64,000 nt of DNA from IMG/VR virus record IMGVR_UViG_3300032242_001280. One strand, 5' to 3'. The stretch's first letter is position 1, and every line of letters starts with the position of its first letter. Origin of the DNA: a virus. Under the pieces are notes generated by a model, which saw nothing but the letters and a program-made list of their open reading frames with translations, was not told where the DNA came from and searched no databases. The translations under genes were made by a program, and so were the position numbers. Shown in pieces: positions 10,217 through 20,121 of this stretch.

Positions 10217-11372
10217 CTTTTGTATATTGCCATTTGTTTCTATTGAGGCAGACCCGATGGGTAAATGCAAGGTATGCTGTTTAAGCTATGAAACTATACC
10301 TGATATTGATTTAAAAAAAAATACACTAAGTGAAGCTTTCAATAGTTCTTATATGAACAATCTTCGTCAAAGTTTTTTAAATAATGAAAAACCTGCCAAT
10401 TGTAATCGCTGTTGGTCAGAGGAAGCAAGTGGCAGAACTAGTAAAAGAATGCATAGTCATGCTAGGTTGCGTGAGATACTAGGTGATACAAAATTTACAC
10501 ATAGTGCCGATGGTAGTCTTATGTTTATAGATTTGAAACTTGGAAATATATGTAATCTTAAGTGTCGTATATGTGGTAGCTATAGCAGTTCAAAATGGGC
10601 ACAAGAAGAAATTGATATCTATACTGGCAATCAAACTGCTAAAGACAATCTTGAAAAAGGTCGTTGGCCTCGCGAATCAAAAAGATTTTGGGAAGATTTA
10701 ACACACTTACTTGCAACTTCAAAATACTTTGAATTTACTGGCGGCGAACCCTTTTTAATTGACGAGCATTTTACTCTTTTAGAAATTGCAGTTGAAATGG
10801 GTTTTGCTAAAGATATTGAAATTCATTATAATACAAATCTTACTACATTTCCAAAGCGTGGATTAGAAATTTGGCCACATTTTAAACTGGTTGAAATAGC
10901 AGTAAGTGTGGATGATATCGGTCCACGATTTGAATATCAACGATATGGAGCATCATGGGACAAAGCAATGGATAATCTTCAACGCCTCCGTGATCTTCGC
11001 AGCGCAAGCACAAATATTAAATTACAGTTATGCTCGACTATTAATGTTCAAAATTTTTATTACATTGATGAAATGTGTGAATGGATTTTTCAACAAAAAT
11101 TTAATTATGTTTATTTTAATGTTCTGCACGATGCTTGGCATTTTAGTATTAGCAGATTAAATGATACTGCAAAAGAACTTATTAATAGTAAATTTAAAGC
11201 ATATGTTGGTCCATATTCGAGTGAAGTTACTAATCTATTGCTTTTTATGAATCAAGGCGAAGGCAGTGATTGTAAAAAACTTGTTCAAACATTAAAAAAC
11301 AGTGACATTCAACGCAAACAAAAATTTAGTGATCATCATAGTGAGATAGCGGCGGCAATAGGATATGAATGA
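10203..11372 (+). CDS. Radical SAM protein with N-terminal twitch domain (RS4)
   Basis: CNLKCRIC, TGGEP; N-terminal CILPF..VCC..CNRCW. Confidence 0.9.
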   Translation: MEKNNFCILPFVSIEADPMGKCKVCCLSYETIPDIDLKKNTLSEAFNSSYMNNLRQSFLNNEKPANCNRCWSEEASGRTSKRMHSHARLREILGDTKFTHSADGSLMFIDLKLGNICNLKCRICGSYSSSKWAQEEIDIYTGNQTAKDNLEKGRWPRESKRFWEDLTHLLATSKYFEFTGGEPFLIDEHFTLLEIAVEMGFAKDIEIHYNTNLTTFPKRGLEIWPHFKLVEIAVSVDDIGPRFEYQRYGASWDKAMDNLQRLRDLRSASTNIKLQLCSTINVQNFYYIDEMCEWIFQQKFNYVYFNVLHDAWHFSISRLNDTAKELINSKFKAYVGPYSSEVTNLLLFMNQGEGSDCKKLVQTLKNSDIQRKQKFSDHHSEIAAAIGYE

Positions 11373-12666
11373 TTTTTGTTTGGCTCCATTTACGCATACC
11401 TATATCTCGCCACAAGGTGAACGGCGGCTGTGTTGTGCGTCACGAGAACCTGCACAAAATTTTAAACAGTATATTGATACTGCTGGCGGTGATGGACAAT
11501 TTACGCCGCTCACGCTAAAGGATTGGTGGAATGGCGAACATATTAGGCAAATTAGAAAGCAATGGTTGGCTGGTGAGGTTCCATCAGCATGTGAGGTCTG
11601 CGATAAAAAGCTACTTAACACTTCTGTATATCGTGATTACTTTGGACATCTTTTTGGTCATCTACGAGATGCTGCGGTGGCTAATACAGATGCTAATGGC
11701 TATACAACCTTAGAACCAATCTCATGGGACTATCGTTATAGTAATGTATGCAACTTTAAGTGCCGTATGTGTGGCGATATGCTAAGTTCGGCATGGGAAG
11801 TTGAAGTTCGTAAAAACAATATGGTTGATCTAACCAATCCAAAAAATCATTGGATGCAGCCAAAGAACCGCCATGCTATTCGTGATTTTACTCGTGATGT
11901 GGTCATACCAGAATTTCGTGCGGCTATTGAAAATAAAAGTGTTCGTGAAATCTATTGGGTAGGCGGCGAGCCGCTGCTATATGATGAGCACTGGACATTT
12001 ATGCGTCGAATAATAGAACTTGACTATGCAGACCAAGTTCGTGTAAGATATAATACAAATCTTAGTTATTGTAAAGATAATAAAGGTACGCTATGGGAAT
12101 TGTTAGACAATTTTCCACATTGGGAAATATGTGCAAGTTTAGATGGAACAGGAGCGATAGGTGAGTATATTAGAACTGGTCTTAATTATAATGATTGGCT
12201 CGTTGATTTTCGACAGGGGATACAGCATCAGCGAAACTCTCGCCAAATGCGCATTGACTTTACTCTTACTTTACTTGGTTTATTTGACCTTACCAATGTT
12301 ATTAGTCTTGTTAATGATCTTAATGTTTCATTATTGAGCAAAGTAGTATTTGCTTTTTCTCCTGATATTCTCTTAAGTCCACTAGCACTGCCTAGAACGG
12401 TTCTAGCGCCGCTATTAAACGATATACAAGACCGCATCAAGCCACTTATTACTCATCGTACCCAAAGTTTATGGGACACCCTAGAACATCTCAAAACTCG
12501 TCCTACTTTTGAAGAACAGTTTCCTGATACCTACAAGCGAGAAGCAATTCAAGGAAAAAAACATATTTTAAAATTGGAATTGTTGAGAAAAGATGCTAAA
12601 ATAACAATAGAAGATATTTTAAATGCTAGCCCAGAAGTGTTAGCATGGTGGCGGGGTATATCATGA
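11365..12666 (+). CDS. Radical SAM protein with N-terminal twitch domain (RS5)
   Basis: CNFKCRMC, VGGEP; N-terminal CLAPF..LCC..CEVC. Confidence 0.9.
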   Translation: MNDFCLAPFTHTYISPQGERRLCCASREPAQNFKQYIDTAGGDGQFTPLTLKDWWNGEHIRQIRKQWLAGEVPSACEVCDKKLLNTSVYRDYFGHLFGHLRDAAVANTDANGYTTLEPISWDYRYSNVCNFKCRMCGDMLSSAWEVEVRKNNMVDLTNPKNHWMQPKNRHAIRDFTRDVVIPEFRAAIENKSVREIYWVGGEPLLYDEHWTFMRRIIELDYADQVRVRYNTNLSYCKDNKGTLWELLDNFPHWEICASLDGTGAIGEYIRTGLNYNDWLVDFRQGIQHQRNSRQMRIDFTLTLLGLFDLTNVISLVNDLNVSLLSKVVFAFSPDILLSPLALPRTVLAPLLNDIQDRIKPLITHRTQSLWDTLEHLKTRPTFEEQFPDTYKREAIQGKKHILKLELLRKDAKITIEDILNASPEVLAWWRGIS

Positions 12667-13784
12667 GCGAAGTAATTGTAACATTACGAAATCCATTAAA
12701 CAAGGATGAAAAATTATCTTATTACATTAAACCTAATCCTAGTCAATTAGCTAGAGATTGGGTTGATGCTCTTAAGAAAGAATTAACAAAAAATAGTGAA
12801 CTTGAAAAAAATTATTGTTGGCATGGATGGTCAAAGACTAAACGAAATCTTGATTATCTTGCTGCTCAGTTATCTAAACATGCTACAAGGATTTGGGCAT
12901 TTAATGAATTAGGTGTTTGGCAATCGCAAGGATTATCAACATTTGATATTCGTACTAATTATACGGCAGCAGATATTATGTTGCCTATTACTGGTATAGA
13001 TGAAGATGGAAAACGAGGTGGCGGTCCAAACCATGATGTAATGAATGCTGTTCATAATTACTTTGAACATCTACAGGGAACCGTTGAAAACCTTAGTCCA
13101 TATTATAAACTTGCTACGCCAGAAGTCAAATATAGTATTAGACAAATTAATAATCTTTGTCATGAAATAGAAACACTGTGCTTGAGTTTACGAAAGGAAG
13201 TATATGCACCAGATTGGGTTCGCCCATCACAAATAACAACTTTTTTAAATGCCATGAGATATAGTTTAACACCAGAACATCGTCAAGGTTTTATTGAAAA
13301 TGGATATGATCGCCGTTTTGCACATGTGTACATGCATTGGACTCAGATAGGCAAGACGCTCAAGGAAGTATTTCATGATGAGGGTGCACCAGATTTAGAT
13401 CAGGCAACTTGCGATGCTATTACTCACCTTCAATATTATAGCGGTGAATTTGATGTTGAATGGGGGCGAGATGTTATATATAATAAACATCCTTGGCATA
13501 GAAAAGAAATGGATGAATATATAGCATGGTTAACTCGTCAAGGATACGATGTCAATGATCCTATGTTAAGTTTAGGTCATCTTGAACTAGGTCATGTAGA
13601 TTTAGAGCGCAGTTTTGGCACACATGATCCATATAAGATATGGGATATGATGAGTCCAATGCTTGATATCTATAGCATAGAAGTTGACGGGATTAAAGCA
13701 GTTTATGATTATAGCTGGGCAGATGAAGACTATGAGCAACGACAAATTAACTATCTAATGCCAGGTTATAAACGATATGTTTGA
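12663..13784 (+). CDS. Hypothetical protein (His-rich motifs)
   Basis: ATGA overlap with RS5 stop; NAVHNYFE, INNLCHEIE, YMHWTQIGK. Confidence 0.7.
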   Translation: MSEVIVTLRNPLNKDEKLSYYIKPNPSQLARDWVDALKKELTKNSELEKNYCWHGWSKTKRNLDYLAAQLSKHATRIWAFNELGVWQSQGLSTFDIRTNYTAADIMLPITGIDEDGKRGGGPNHDVMNAVHNYFEHLQGTVENLSPYYKLATPEVKYSIRQINNLCHEIETLCLSLRKEVYAPDWVRPSQITTFLNAMRYSLTPEHRQGFIENGYDRRFAHVYMHWTQIGKTLKEVFHDEGAPDLDQATCDAITHLQYYSGEFDVEWGRDVIYNKHPWHRKEMDEYIAWLTRQGYDVNDPMLSLGHLELGHVDLERSFGTHDPYKIWDMMSPMLDIYSIEVDGIKAVYDYSWADEDYEQRQINYLMPGYKRYV

Positions 13785-15531
13785 TAAACATTGGTACGAT
13801 TATGATGATTGTACCGATATTAAACAGCTAATTGAAGAAGCCAAGAAAAACAGCAGAACTGAATATGTATGGCTTTGTCATCATGCAGTAGATTATTCTA
13901 CTTTTAATTGGCGCTATCTTCCAAATCGACATCAACAGCATTTTATGCATGCATGGGCAAGTCATGATAATTCAGACTGTCTGACTACATGGCTTGTGCC
14001 GATCAATCAAGAGTTTGACAATACTGAAAAAGTATTCCATAGCGGTTTATTGCCTATCTTATATCAACCCAATGGCAAACTATGGCAGTGGAAAAAAGAC
14101 CCACTAATAGACTATTCTACTTTTAATTTTAACTGGTTTCCAAGCGTATGGGATTGGGGATATAACCATGAATTTACCATGCTTGGCAAAGAACGATTGA
14201 GCTATACTACGCTTAGCAGAAGTAGCACAAATATAAAATATCATGCCGCTAACCTAACTTATGATGGACTGTACTATGATATTTGTTGTATCGATACTAA
14301 CACCCATCCGTTACCAAACCATGATTATAAAGTTCGATTAATCACAACGATGGAAGAAGCGTTGAAGTTAGCTTTAAAACGAGCAACTAAACCTTGGCTA
14401 TGGGTAGTCAGTGATGTATGCGACTATGATGAATTTAATTTTACTTGGTTGCCAGAAGAAGGCGAAGAACATCAAGTACATTGCTGGCCAAGCGGCACAT
14501 GTGAAAAAGGCGACACATTTTTAATTCATGTTCCAACTTATCTTGGCGAATGGAATCCTTCTTACAACTTTAGCCATGATCCTGTAAAAAGAAAAAGATG
14601 GCCCGTGTATAATGTCAGTGAAAATTGTCTAGCATGGGATTTAAATAACTCGCCTAGAAACAAATCAATATACACATTATATTCTTTTACTGGAGTAATA
14701 GATTATCCAGATGTTTGTTTATGGGAAAAACGACCAGTAGTTAGTTTAAATCGCAGCAATAGTAGCTGCCTTGTTCCTCGTGATTGTATTGTTGAAAAAG
14801 AAATATATGAATACCCGCATCTGCTGCGCTATCCAGAATATGGTTTTGATATTCCTGTGGATGTAATTTTTATTCACAACGATGAAAGTTGTGCAGAAGA
14901 AAACTGGATAAAATTAAAAACGCTATGCCCAAGTGCAAAAATATTAAGTGGCGTTAACGGCAGATTGAAAGCATATAAAACTGCTGCCATAAGAAGCGAT
15001 ACTATTTGGTTTATTGCGGTTTTTGCTAAATGCAATATGAAAGAAAATTTTAAAGATTTAAATTGGCAACCAGATTTTTGGCAAGAACCTAAACATTATA
15101 TTTTTCATAATCATAATCTTAATACAGGTTTGATATATGGACATATGGCACCTATTGCGTATCATGCTAAATTACTGCATAAGAATACAGGTGGTCTTGA
15201 CATGACGCTAGCTCAACGCCATACGACCGTGCCGATAACCATAAGCGAAACTAATTTAGAAGACGATCCTTGGTTAACTTGGCGTACAGCATTTCGCGAA
15301 GTTGTTAAAATACTTCATTTTAGTAAAAATAATCCAAGTATTGAGAATGAATATCGACTGTGGTCTTGGCGTAATATTGCTAAAGGCAAAGATTCTATGT
15401 GGCAAAAGTATGCAGTTAAACACGCCGAAGAATATTATGCTGCATGCGGCGACAACGAAGAAGCATTAATGTTGACAAGCGAATGGGATTGGCTGTATGA
15501 GCACTACTTGCGTCTTACAGTGAATCCATAA
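13777..15531 (+). CDS. Multi-domain GT-A-like protein with degenerate internal repeats
   Basis: Repeated [WV]..DY..FN[WF].W.P motif; C-terminal domain parallels 5231-6169 (GVNGRLKAYK, NLNTGLIYGH, TWRTAFREVVK). Confidence 0.6.
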   Translation: MFDKHWYDYDDCTDIKQLIEEAKKNSRTEYVWLCHHAVDYSTFNWRYLPNRHQQHFMHAWASHDNSDCLTTWLVPINQEFDNTEKVFHSGLLPILYQPNGKLWQWKKDPLIDYSTFNFNWFPSVWDWGYNHEFTMLGKERLSYTTLSRSSTNIKYHAANLTYDGLYYDICCIDTNTHPLPNHDYKVRLITTMEEALKLALKRATKPWLWVVSDVCDYDEFNFTWLPEEGEEHQVHCWPSGTCEKGDTFLIHVPTYLGEWNPSYNFSHDPVKRKRWPVYNVSENCLAWDLNNSPRNKSIYTLYSFTGVIDYPDVCLWEKRPVVSLNRSNSSCLVPRDCIVEKEIYEYPHLLRYPEYGFDIPVDVIFIHNDESCAEENWIKLKTLCPSAKILSGVNGRLKAYKTAAIRSDTIWFIAVFAKCNMKENFKDLNWQPDFWQEPKHYIFHNHNLNTGLIYGHMAPIAYHAKLLHKNTGGLDMTLAQRHTTVPITISETNLEDDPWLTWRTAFREVVKILHFSKNNPSIENEYRLWSWRNIAKGKDSMWQKYAVKHAEEYYAACGDNEEALMLTSEWDWLYEHYLRLTVNP

Positions 15532-16621
15532 CAGTTTTAATAATAACATTAATATCAGCATCAGAAAGATGCCAGTGACTTGGCAAACTTATAACGCGCT
15601 GGTTATTAGTAATATTTTCAGCAGTTGAACATGGTTGATATCCATAAGACTTTACAAAATCTTCACGGTTAAGCGCCTTGGTATAGTGACTGCTATACTG
15701 AATGTTGGCTTCTTTTAACGCTGATTTGACATTTTCTTGTCGCTGCGGCGCAATAGAAAACGAATAATAATTCCATGTTCCCCATGGTTTGCGAATAGGT
15801 AAATCTACTTTGTCTGGATAATTTCTAAAATGATTATAATACAATTGGCATATTGCCATTTTTTTTGGAATCATTTCTGCGTAATAATAAATTTTAGAAA
15901 CTAAGGTAGCAGCTTGTGTGGATAGCATACGAAAGTTAAGCCCATGCAATTCTATATTTCCGTTTGATCCAGTAGTTGTTTTTCCAATGGTGCACACTGC
16001 TTGCATAATTGTTGAATGTATAGATTTGCTGATAAGCGCACCACCACCACTTCCACCAAAATTTTTAAGAGGATTAAAACTTAGGCAAATTGCATCAGCA
16101 ATAGTTTGGTCATATTGATCTGAGCATATTCCAAAGCTATGTGCAGCATCGATAATCCATTTAACATCATACTTGTTGCACCAGCGGCGGACCTTATCCA
16201 GTTCAACGCCTTGTCCATACAAGTCAACTGTGACAAGCGCACTTATCTGGTCGCCATATTTTTTATACGCATCATCTAGCAAATCAATATCTAATAGCCA
16301 ACTGCTATCAATATCAACAAATGTAGGTATACCGCCAACCGCTATTATAGCTTGTGCAGTAGCAGCATATGTCAGTGCTGGAAGCAGCACACGAGTGCCA
16401 GGTTTGATGTACAAGGCCATCAGAGCGGCTTGTATCGCACTGGTTCCGCTATTAGTAAGTACTACTTCTGCGCCATTATAATGCGTTTTAATATACTTTT
16501 CTAAAAGATCATGTGCCTCGCCGCTATAGAATTGACCGCTGCGGTAAACATTATCCATCCCGCCAAGTATGGCAAGTCTGCAATCTTCATATTGCTCCGT
16601 TAGGTTATAATAATTAATCAT
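15515..16621 (-). CDS. DegT/DnrJ/EryC1/StrS family PLP-dependent sugar aminotransferase
   Basis: NSGTSA, PALTYAAT, VDLYG, IDAAHSFG, SFNPLKNFG (PLP lysine), ISLP. Confidence 0.9.
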   Translation of the reverse strand: MINYYNLTEQYEDCRLAILGGMDNVYRSGQFYSGEAHDLLEKYIKTHYNGAEVVLTNSGTSAIQAALMALYIKPGTRVLLPALTYAATAQAIIAVGGIPTFVDIDSSWLLDIDLLDDAYKKYGDQISALVTVDLYGQGVELDKVRRWCNKYDVKWIIDAAHSFGICSDQYDQTIADAICLSFNPLKNFGGSGGGALISKSIHSTIMQAVCTIGKTTTGSNGNIELHGLNFRMLSTQAATLVSKIYYYAEMIPKKMAICQLYYNHFRNYPDKVDLPIRKPWGTWNYYSFSIAPQRQENVKSALKEANIQYSSHYTKALNREDFVKSYGYQPCSTAENITNNQRVISLPSHWHLSDADINVIIKTVMDSL

Positions 16622-17493
16622 TTAATAAGTTTTTGGATGCCGTTTTCCAAATTAATTTTTGGCGTATATCCAAGATACTGCACTGCTTTACGGATATCCA
16701 TTGCACCACGACGAGGCATGTCATCTGCTAAGTCACGACCGCATATGATTTCACTCTTGGTCCAAGTCCAATCTTTAATAACATTTGCTGCTTCTTGCAG
16801 GGATCGTCCTTCACCAAAGCTGACATTGGCAATGACTTTGTTGACAGGGGTAACAGCAGCGTTGCAAATAGCTTGTGATAGGTCTTCTACATGGGTAAAG
16901 TCAAGTTTTGCCATAGGGTCATCGACATGAATAGGTTCATGTTCTGCAGCAGCCTTTAACCATTTGGCGATAACACGATTGTTATCATCTCTTTTGCCGT
17001 ATACAGCAGTAGGACGAATGATTACCCAATCATTAGCAATGTCTTGTACCAATCTTTCACATGCCAACTTTGCCTTGCCATAGGCATTGACTGGTCGCAG
17101 TGGATCAGTTTCCTGAACCGTGCCAATCCAGTTGCCATATACCATGCTGCTGCTTATATAAACCATCTTTGCATCAGGATAAGCAGTCAACATATGTAAG
17201 GTGCTTTGTATAGCATTCTTCCACGCCGCTACACCATCTCTAGCGAACGATGCTTGATTAGGATGGCATGCTAAATGAACGATGACATCTACATCTTGAA
17301 TTACAGTGCTCGCACAGTCTGCATTAATCCAATCATCATATGCAAAGTCCATATAACGACCGCGAGCAAGATACAAATCTTGCTTGATAAATCGAATATC
17401 ATCAATTATAGTAACTGCATGTCCAGCATCTTTTAACCGTTTTACAACATGGTGACCGATAAAACCAAATCCACCTGTAACTAGTACATGCAT
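16618..17493 (-). CDS. NAD-dependent epimerase/dehydratase (extended SDR)
   Basis: VTGGFGFIG, SSSMVYG, YGKAK (YxxxK), RPTAVYG, DFTHVED. Confidence 0.9.
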   Translation of the reverse strand: MHVLVTGGFGFIGHHVVKRLKDAGHAVTIIDDIRFIKQDLYLARGRYMDFAYDDWINADCASTVIQDVDVIVHLACHPNQASFARDGVAAWKNAIQSTLHMLTAYPDAKMVYISSSMVYGNWIGTVQETDPLRPVNAYGKAKLACERLVQDIANDWVIIRPTAVYGKRDDNNRVIAKWLKAAAEHEPIHVDDPMAKLDFTHVEDLSQAICNAAVTPVNKVIANVSFGEGRSLQEAANVIKDWTWTKSEIICGRDLADDMPRRGAMDIRKAVQYLGYTPKINLENGIQKLIK

Positions 17494-17494
17494 A

Positions 17495-18379
17495 TTAAAC
17501 CGCCATTTCTGCTGTAATTGCTGGATGATGGCTATAATTCATTAAACGAATGTCTTCCATCTGTGCTGACCAAATATCTTTTACATCACTTAAATCAAGA
17601 AATGGAAGAGGATATGGTTTACGACTCAACTGTTCCATAACCTGCCCAACATGATTATTATAGATATGAACATCACCAAATGTCAAAATCAATTCACCTA
17701 CTTGTGCACCAATCGTCTTGGCAACTAAGTGTGTAAGTAGCGCATAACTTGCGATATTAAATGGCACACCTAAAAACAAATCAGCACTGCGTTGATACAT
17801 CTGGCAACTTAAAATATTTTTACGAATATAAAATTGCGCAAACATATGACAAGGCGGTAGCGCCATTTCTTTTAGTTCACCAGGATTCCATGCTGTGATA
17901 ATGTGACGGCGACCTGCTGGGTCTGCAATCAATCCATCGATTAAATCTTTTAATTGGTCTACTTCATCATAATTGCGAACTAGTGCGCCACTTTTAAATG
18001 GCGGAGTATTGTGATCTACATAGCGCCAATGACGCCATTGTACACCATATACACGACCCAAATCGCCAGGATAACGAGACTTTGGAAGCCAATAGCTTGC
18101 GTTAGCGTTTGCAGTCCAGATGGTTTTCTTTGCTTCATCTCTTGTGCCATGTAATATCTCTGCCAATCGTCGCTCATCGCCACTACCTTCAATAAACCAA
18201 AGTAATTCACTAACCACGCTCTTCCATGCAAGTTTCTTTGTTGTAACTGCTGGAAATCCTTCTTGTAGATTGTAGCGCAACTGCTCGCCAAATAAACTAA
18301 CAGTACCAACACCAGTTCTATCGATGCTTTGTGGTCCAGTTAGGATAATTTTTTTACATAGGTCATTATAATTTTGCAT
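17495..18379 (-). CDS. thyA: Thymidylate synthase
   Basis: DRTGVGT, ELLWF, LGRVYGVQWR, ALPPCH, YQRSADLFLGVPFNIASY, GDVHIYNNH. Confidence 0.97.
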   Translation of the reverse strand: MQNYNDLCKKIILTGPQSIDRTGVGTVSLFGEQLRYNLQEGFPAVTTKKLAWKSVVSELLWFIEGSGDERRLAEILHGTRDEAKKTIWTANANASYWLPKSRYPGDLGRVYGVQWRHWRYVDHNTPPFKSGALVRNYDEVDQLKDLIDGLIADPAGRRHIITAWNPGELKEMALPPCHMFAQFYIRKNILSCQMYQRSADLFLGVPFNIASYALLTHLVAKTIGAQVGELILTFGDVHIYNNHVGQVMEQLSRKPYPLPFLDLSDVKDIWSAQMEDIRLMNYSHHPAITAEMAV

Positions 18380-18863
18380 ACTTCCACACCTGAAATACTT
18401 TATCTTTGCCGTAGGTTTCCCAATCCATTTGGAAATTCTGTAGTAAGTCTACCACATCTACGCTTACATCACAATTATAATTATCATCAAATTTAGTCAT
18501 ATATATTTGTCGAAATAAATGTTTAGTGCTATCAATAAGTTTTGCACCGCCTATAATCCATATATCTTTATCAGGATAATTTGCTTTTAATACAGCTAAA
18601 CTTTGCTCAATATAGTTGCCATGAATGATAGTATGCGCATCACGAAAACTTTCAACTGGTTGATTGGTCACAACACAGCAATGGCGGTCTGGCAGAGGTT
18701 TTGGCATCTTAGGGTCTAGCCATGTGTTGCTGCCCATTACTACAATATGATTGCGGGTATTGGTAGAAAACCATTGCATATCTTGCTTGTCATAGGGCCA
18801 AGGAAGGCTTCCGCCTTGTCCTATACCGCCGTTTTTATCTACTGCAAAGATTGCCTTAATCAT
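18366..18863 (-). CDS. folA: Dihydrofolate reductase
   Basis: GGIGQGGSLPW, DMQWF, VVMGSNTW, PLPDR, WIIGG; adjacent to thyA. Confidence 0.93.
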   Translation of the reverse strand: MIKAIFAVDKNGGIGQGGSLPWPYDKQDMQWFSTNTRNHIVVMGSNTWLDPKMPKPLPDRHCCVVTNQPVESFRDAHTIIHGNYIEQSLAVLKANYPDKDIWIIGGAKLIDSTKHLFRQIYMTKFDDNYNCDVSVDVVDLLQNFQMDWETYGKDKVFQVWKYAKL

Positions 18864-19167
18864 CACCTAACAATCTATTGGTTTTTGCATCAACTTCTTC
18901 TGCCAATGCTGGTATGTTAATATGAAAATCTACTTGACTTATTATATCGTCATGTTCTGAAAGAAAATCTTCAACTGTTTCTTCAATCAACTTGACATCG
19001 TACCCATGATTAATCATATGTTGAATATCAAACACGGTTGTTTCATTATTATCAAATTCGATTGATACTTCTCGTATAAATCGCATGGGAACTTCTGAAA
19101 TTTCAACAGTAGATATCAGATGTTCCCAGCGATCATAGAAGTCTTCACTGAAATATGACTCAGGCAC
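18856..19167 (-). CDS. Hypothetical acidic protein
   Basis: 103-aa ORF coupled to its neighbours. Confidence 0.65.
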   Translation of the reverse strand: MPESYFSEDFYDRWEHLISTVEISEVPMRFIREVSIEFDNNETTVFDIQHMINHGYDVKLIEETVEDFLSEHDDIISQVDFHINIPALAEEVDAKTNRLLGDD

Positions 19168-19822
19168 TGGCCTTGGTCTTCGTGGTTTTCTTTACAGCAG
19201 GTGCCTTTGCTGGTGTGTGCACTGGATTAGGATTCTTAATTTCGTTTAACTGCTGTTGCATAGCTTGCATGGTTTGCATCATCTGCATCATTACCGCAGT
19301 CATATCTGGTGCTGCAGCAGGAGCAACTGGTGCAACCGCCTTTTCAATACCCATATCAGTAAGATTTACGCCTTCTGAAACAAACGCATCGGTTGCCTCT
19401 GTCTTCATGGGGTCAGCCATGCCTTGCTGATTTTCCATTCGTTCTAATTGCTTTACTGCACTATCGCCCCGCCCAACTTGGTTTAACAACTTGCTAAGCT
19501 CATCAAGGCGCATGCTGCTCTTGGCATTTGGAGTGACCATAACGCTGTTAGCTGTAACGCGCTTTAGATAACCTTCGCTGCTTAATGCTTCAAGCATATT
19601 CTGACCATCGGCCATCATGCGGCGTTGTAAAACATCTCTAAACTCAAATGCAGATTGACCAGCTTCGCTTTCAAGAATTTGCATAACATCATCATGGTAC
19701 TTGCTTGGCATAATATCGCTATAGATAACAACTGCCATGTGATCTTCTGGCATCGGTAATTGGCGCTGTACGATAATTACCTTCTTGCTGTTGACTTTGC
19801 CAACATGCTTAAAAAAACTCAT
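19160..19822 (-). CDS. Hypothetical protein
   Basis: 220-aa ORF with ATGA overlap and an Ala/Pro/Lys-rich tail. Confidence 0.7.
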   Translation of the reverse strand: MSFFKHVGKVNSKKVIIVQRQLPMPEDHMAVVIYSDIMPSKYHDDVMQILESEAGQSAFEFRDVLQRRMMADGQNMLEALSSEGYLKRVTANSVMVTPNAKSSMRLDELSKLLNQVGRGDSAVKQLERMENQQGMADPMKTEATDAFVSEGVNLTDMGIEKAVAPVAPAAAPDMTAVMMQMMQTMQAMQQQLNEIKNPNPVHTPAKAPAVKKTTKTKASA

Positions 19823-20049
19823 TGATTTACTTCCTCTGTTGGTTGATCAGCAACGGGTGCTGCTGGTGTATTGGCAACGACAAATGCCTTTATCTTAGTG
19901 TAAACTGCGCCTACTGTGGCTAATTCTTCAGCACGAAATGCTCCGCGCTGAGAACAAACTTCAATAATCTGTACTAGAAAACCAATATCTGCAATACTCA
20001 AGTTTGTATCTTGGGTTGGTGCAGGTTCATTAGTAATTTCATAACTCAT
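19819..20049 (-). CDS. Hypothetical protein
   Basis: GGAGA RBS; GTAAATA motif at 20072-20078; IIEVCSQRGAFRAEEL. Confidence 0.7.
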   Translation of the reverse strand: MSYEITNEPAPTQDTNLSIADIGFLVQIIEVCSQRGAFRAEELATVGAVYTKIKAFVVANTPAAPVADQPTEEVNQ

Positions 20050-20085
20050 TTTAATTCTCCGTAATATCTATTATTTACCCATAAA

Positions 20086-20118
20086 AAAATGGTGCCGATT
20101 TTTTTTCGGCACCATTTT
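20086..20118 (-). terminator. Rho-independent terminator
   Basis: aaaatggtgccga / tcggcaccatttt 13-bp stem followed by a T-run on the minus strand, directly after the vWA gene stop. Confidence 0.85.
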
Positions 20119-20121
20119 ATA

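Noticed and set aside
6144-12666. Radical SAM cluster as a RiPP, 7-deazaguanine (QueE), MoaA or NrdG pathway
   Set aside because: No precursor peptide or RRE, no queC/queD/folE/dpdA or nrdD in the window; the twitch domain is N-terminal and the neighbours are sugar enzymes.
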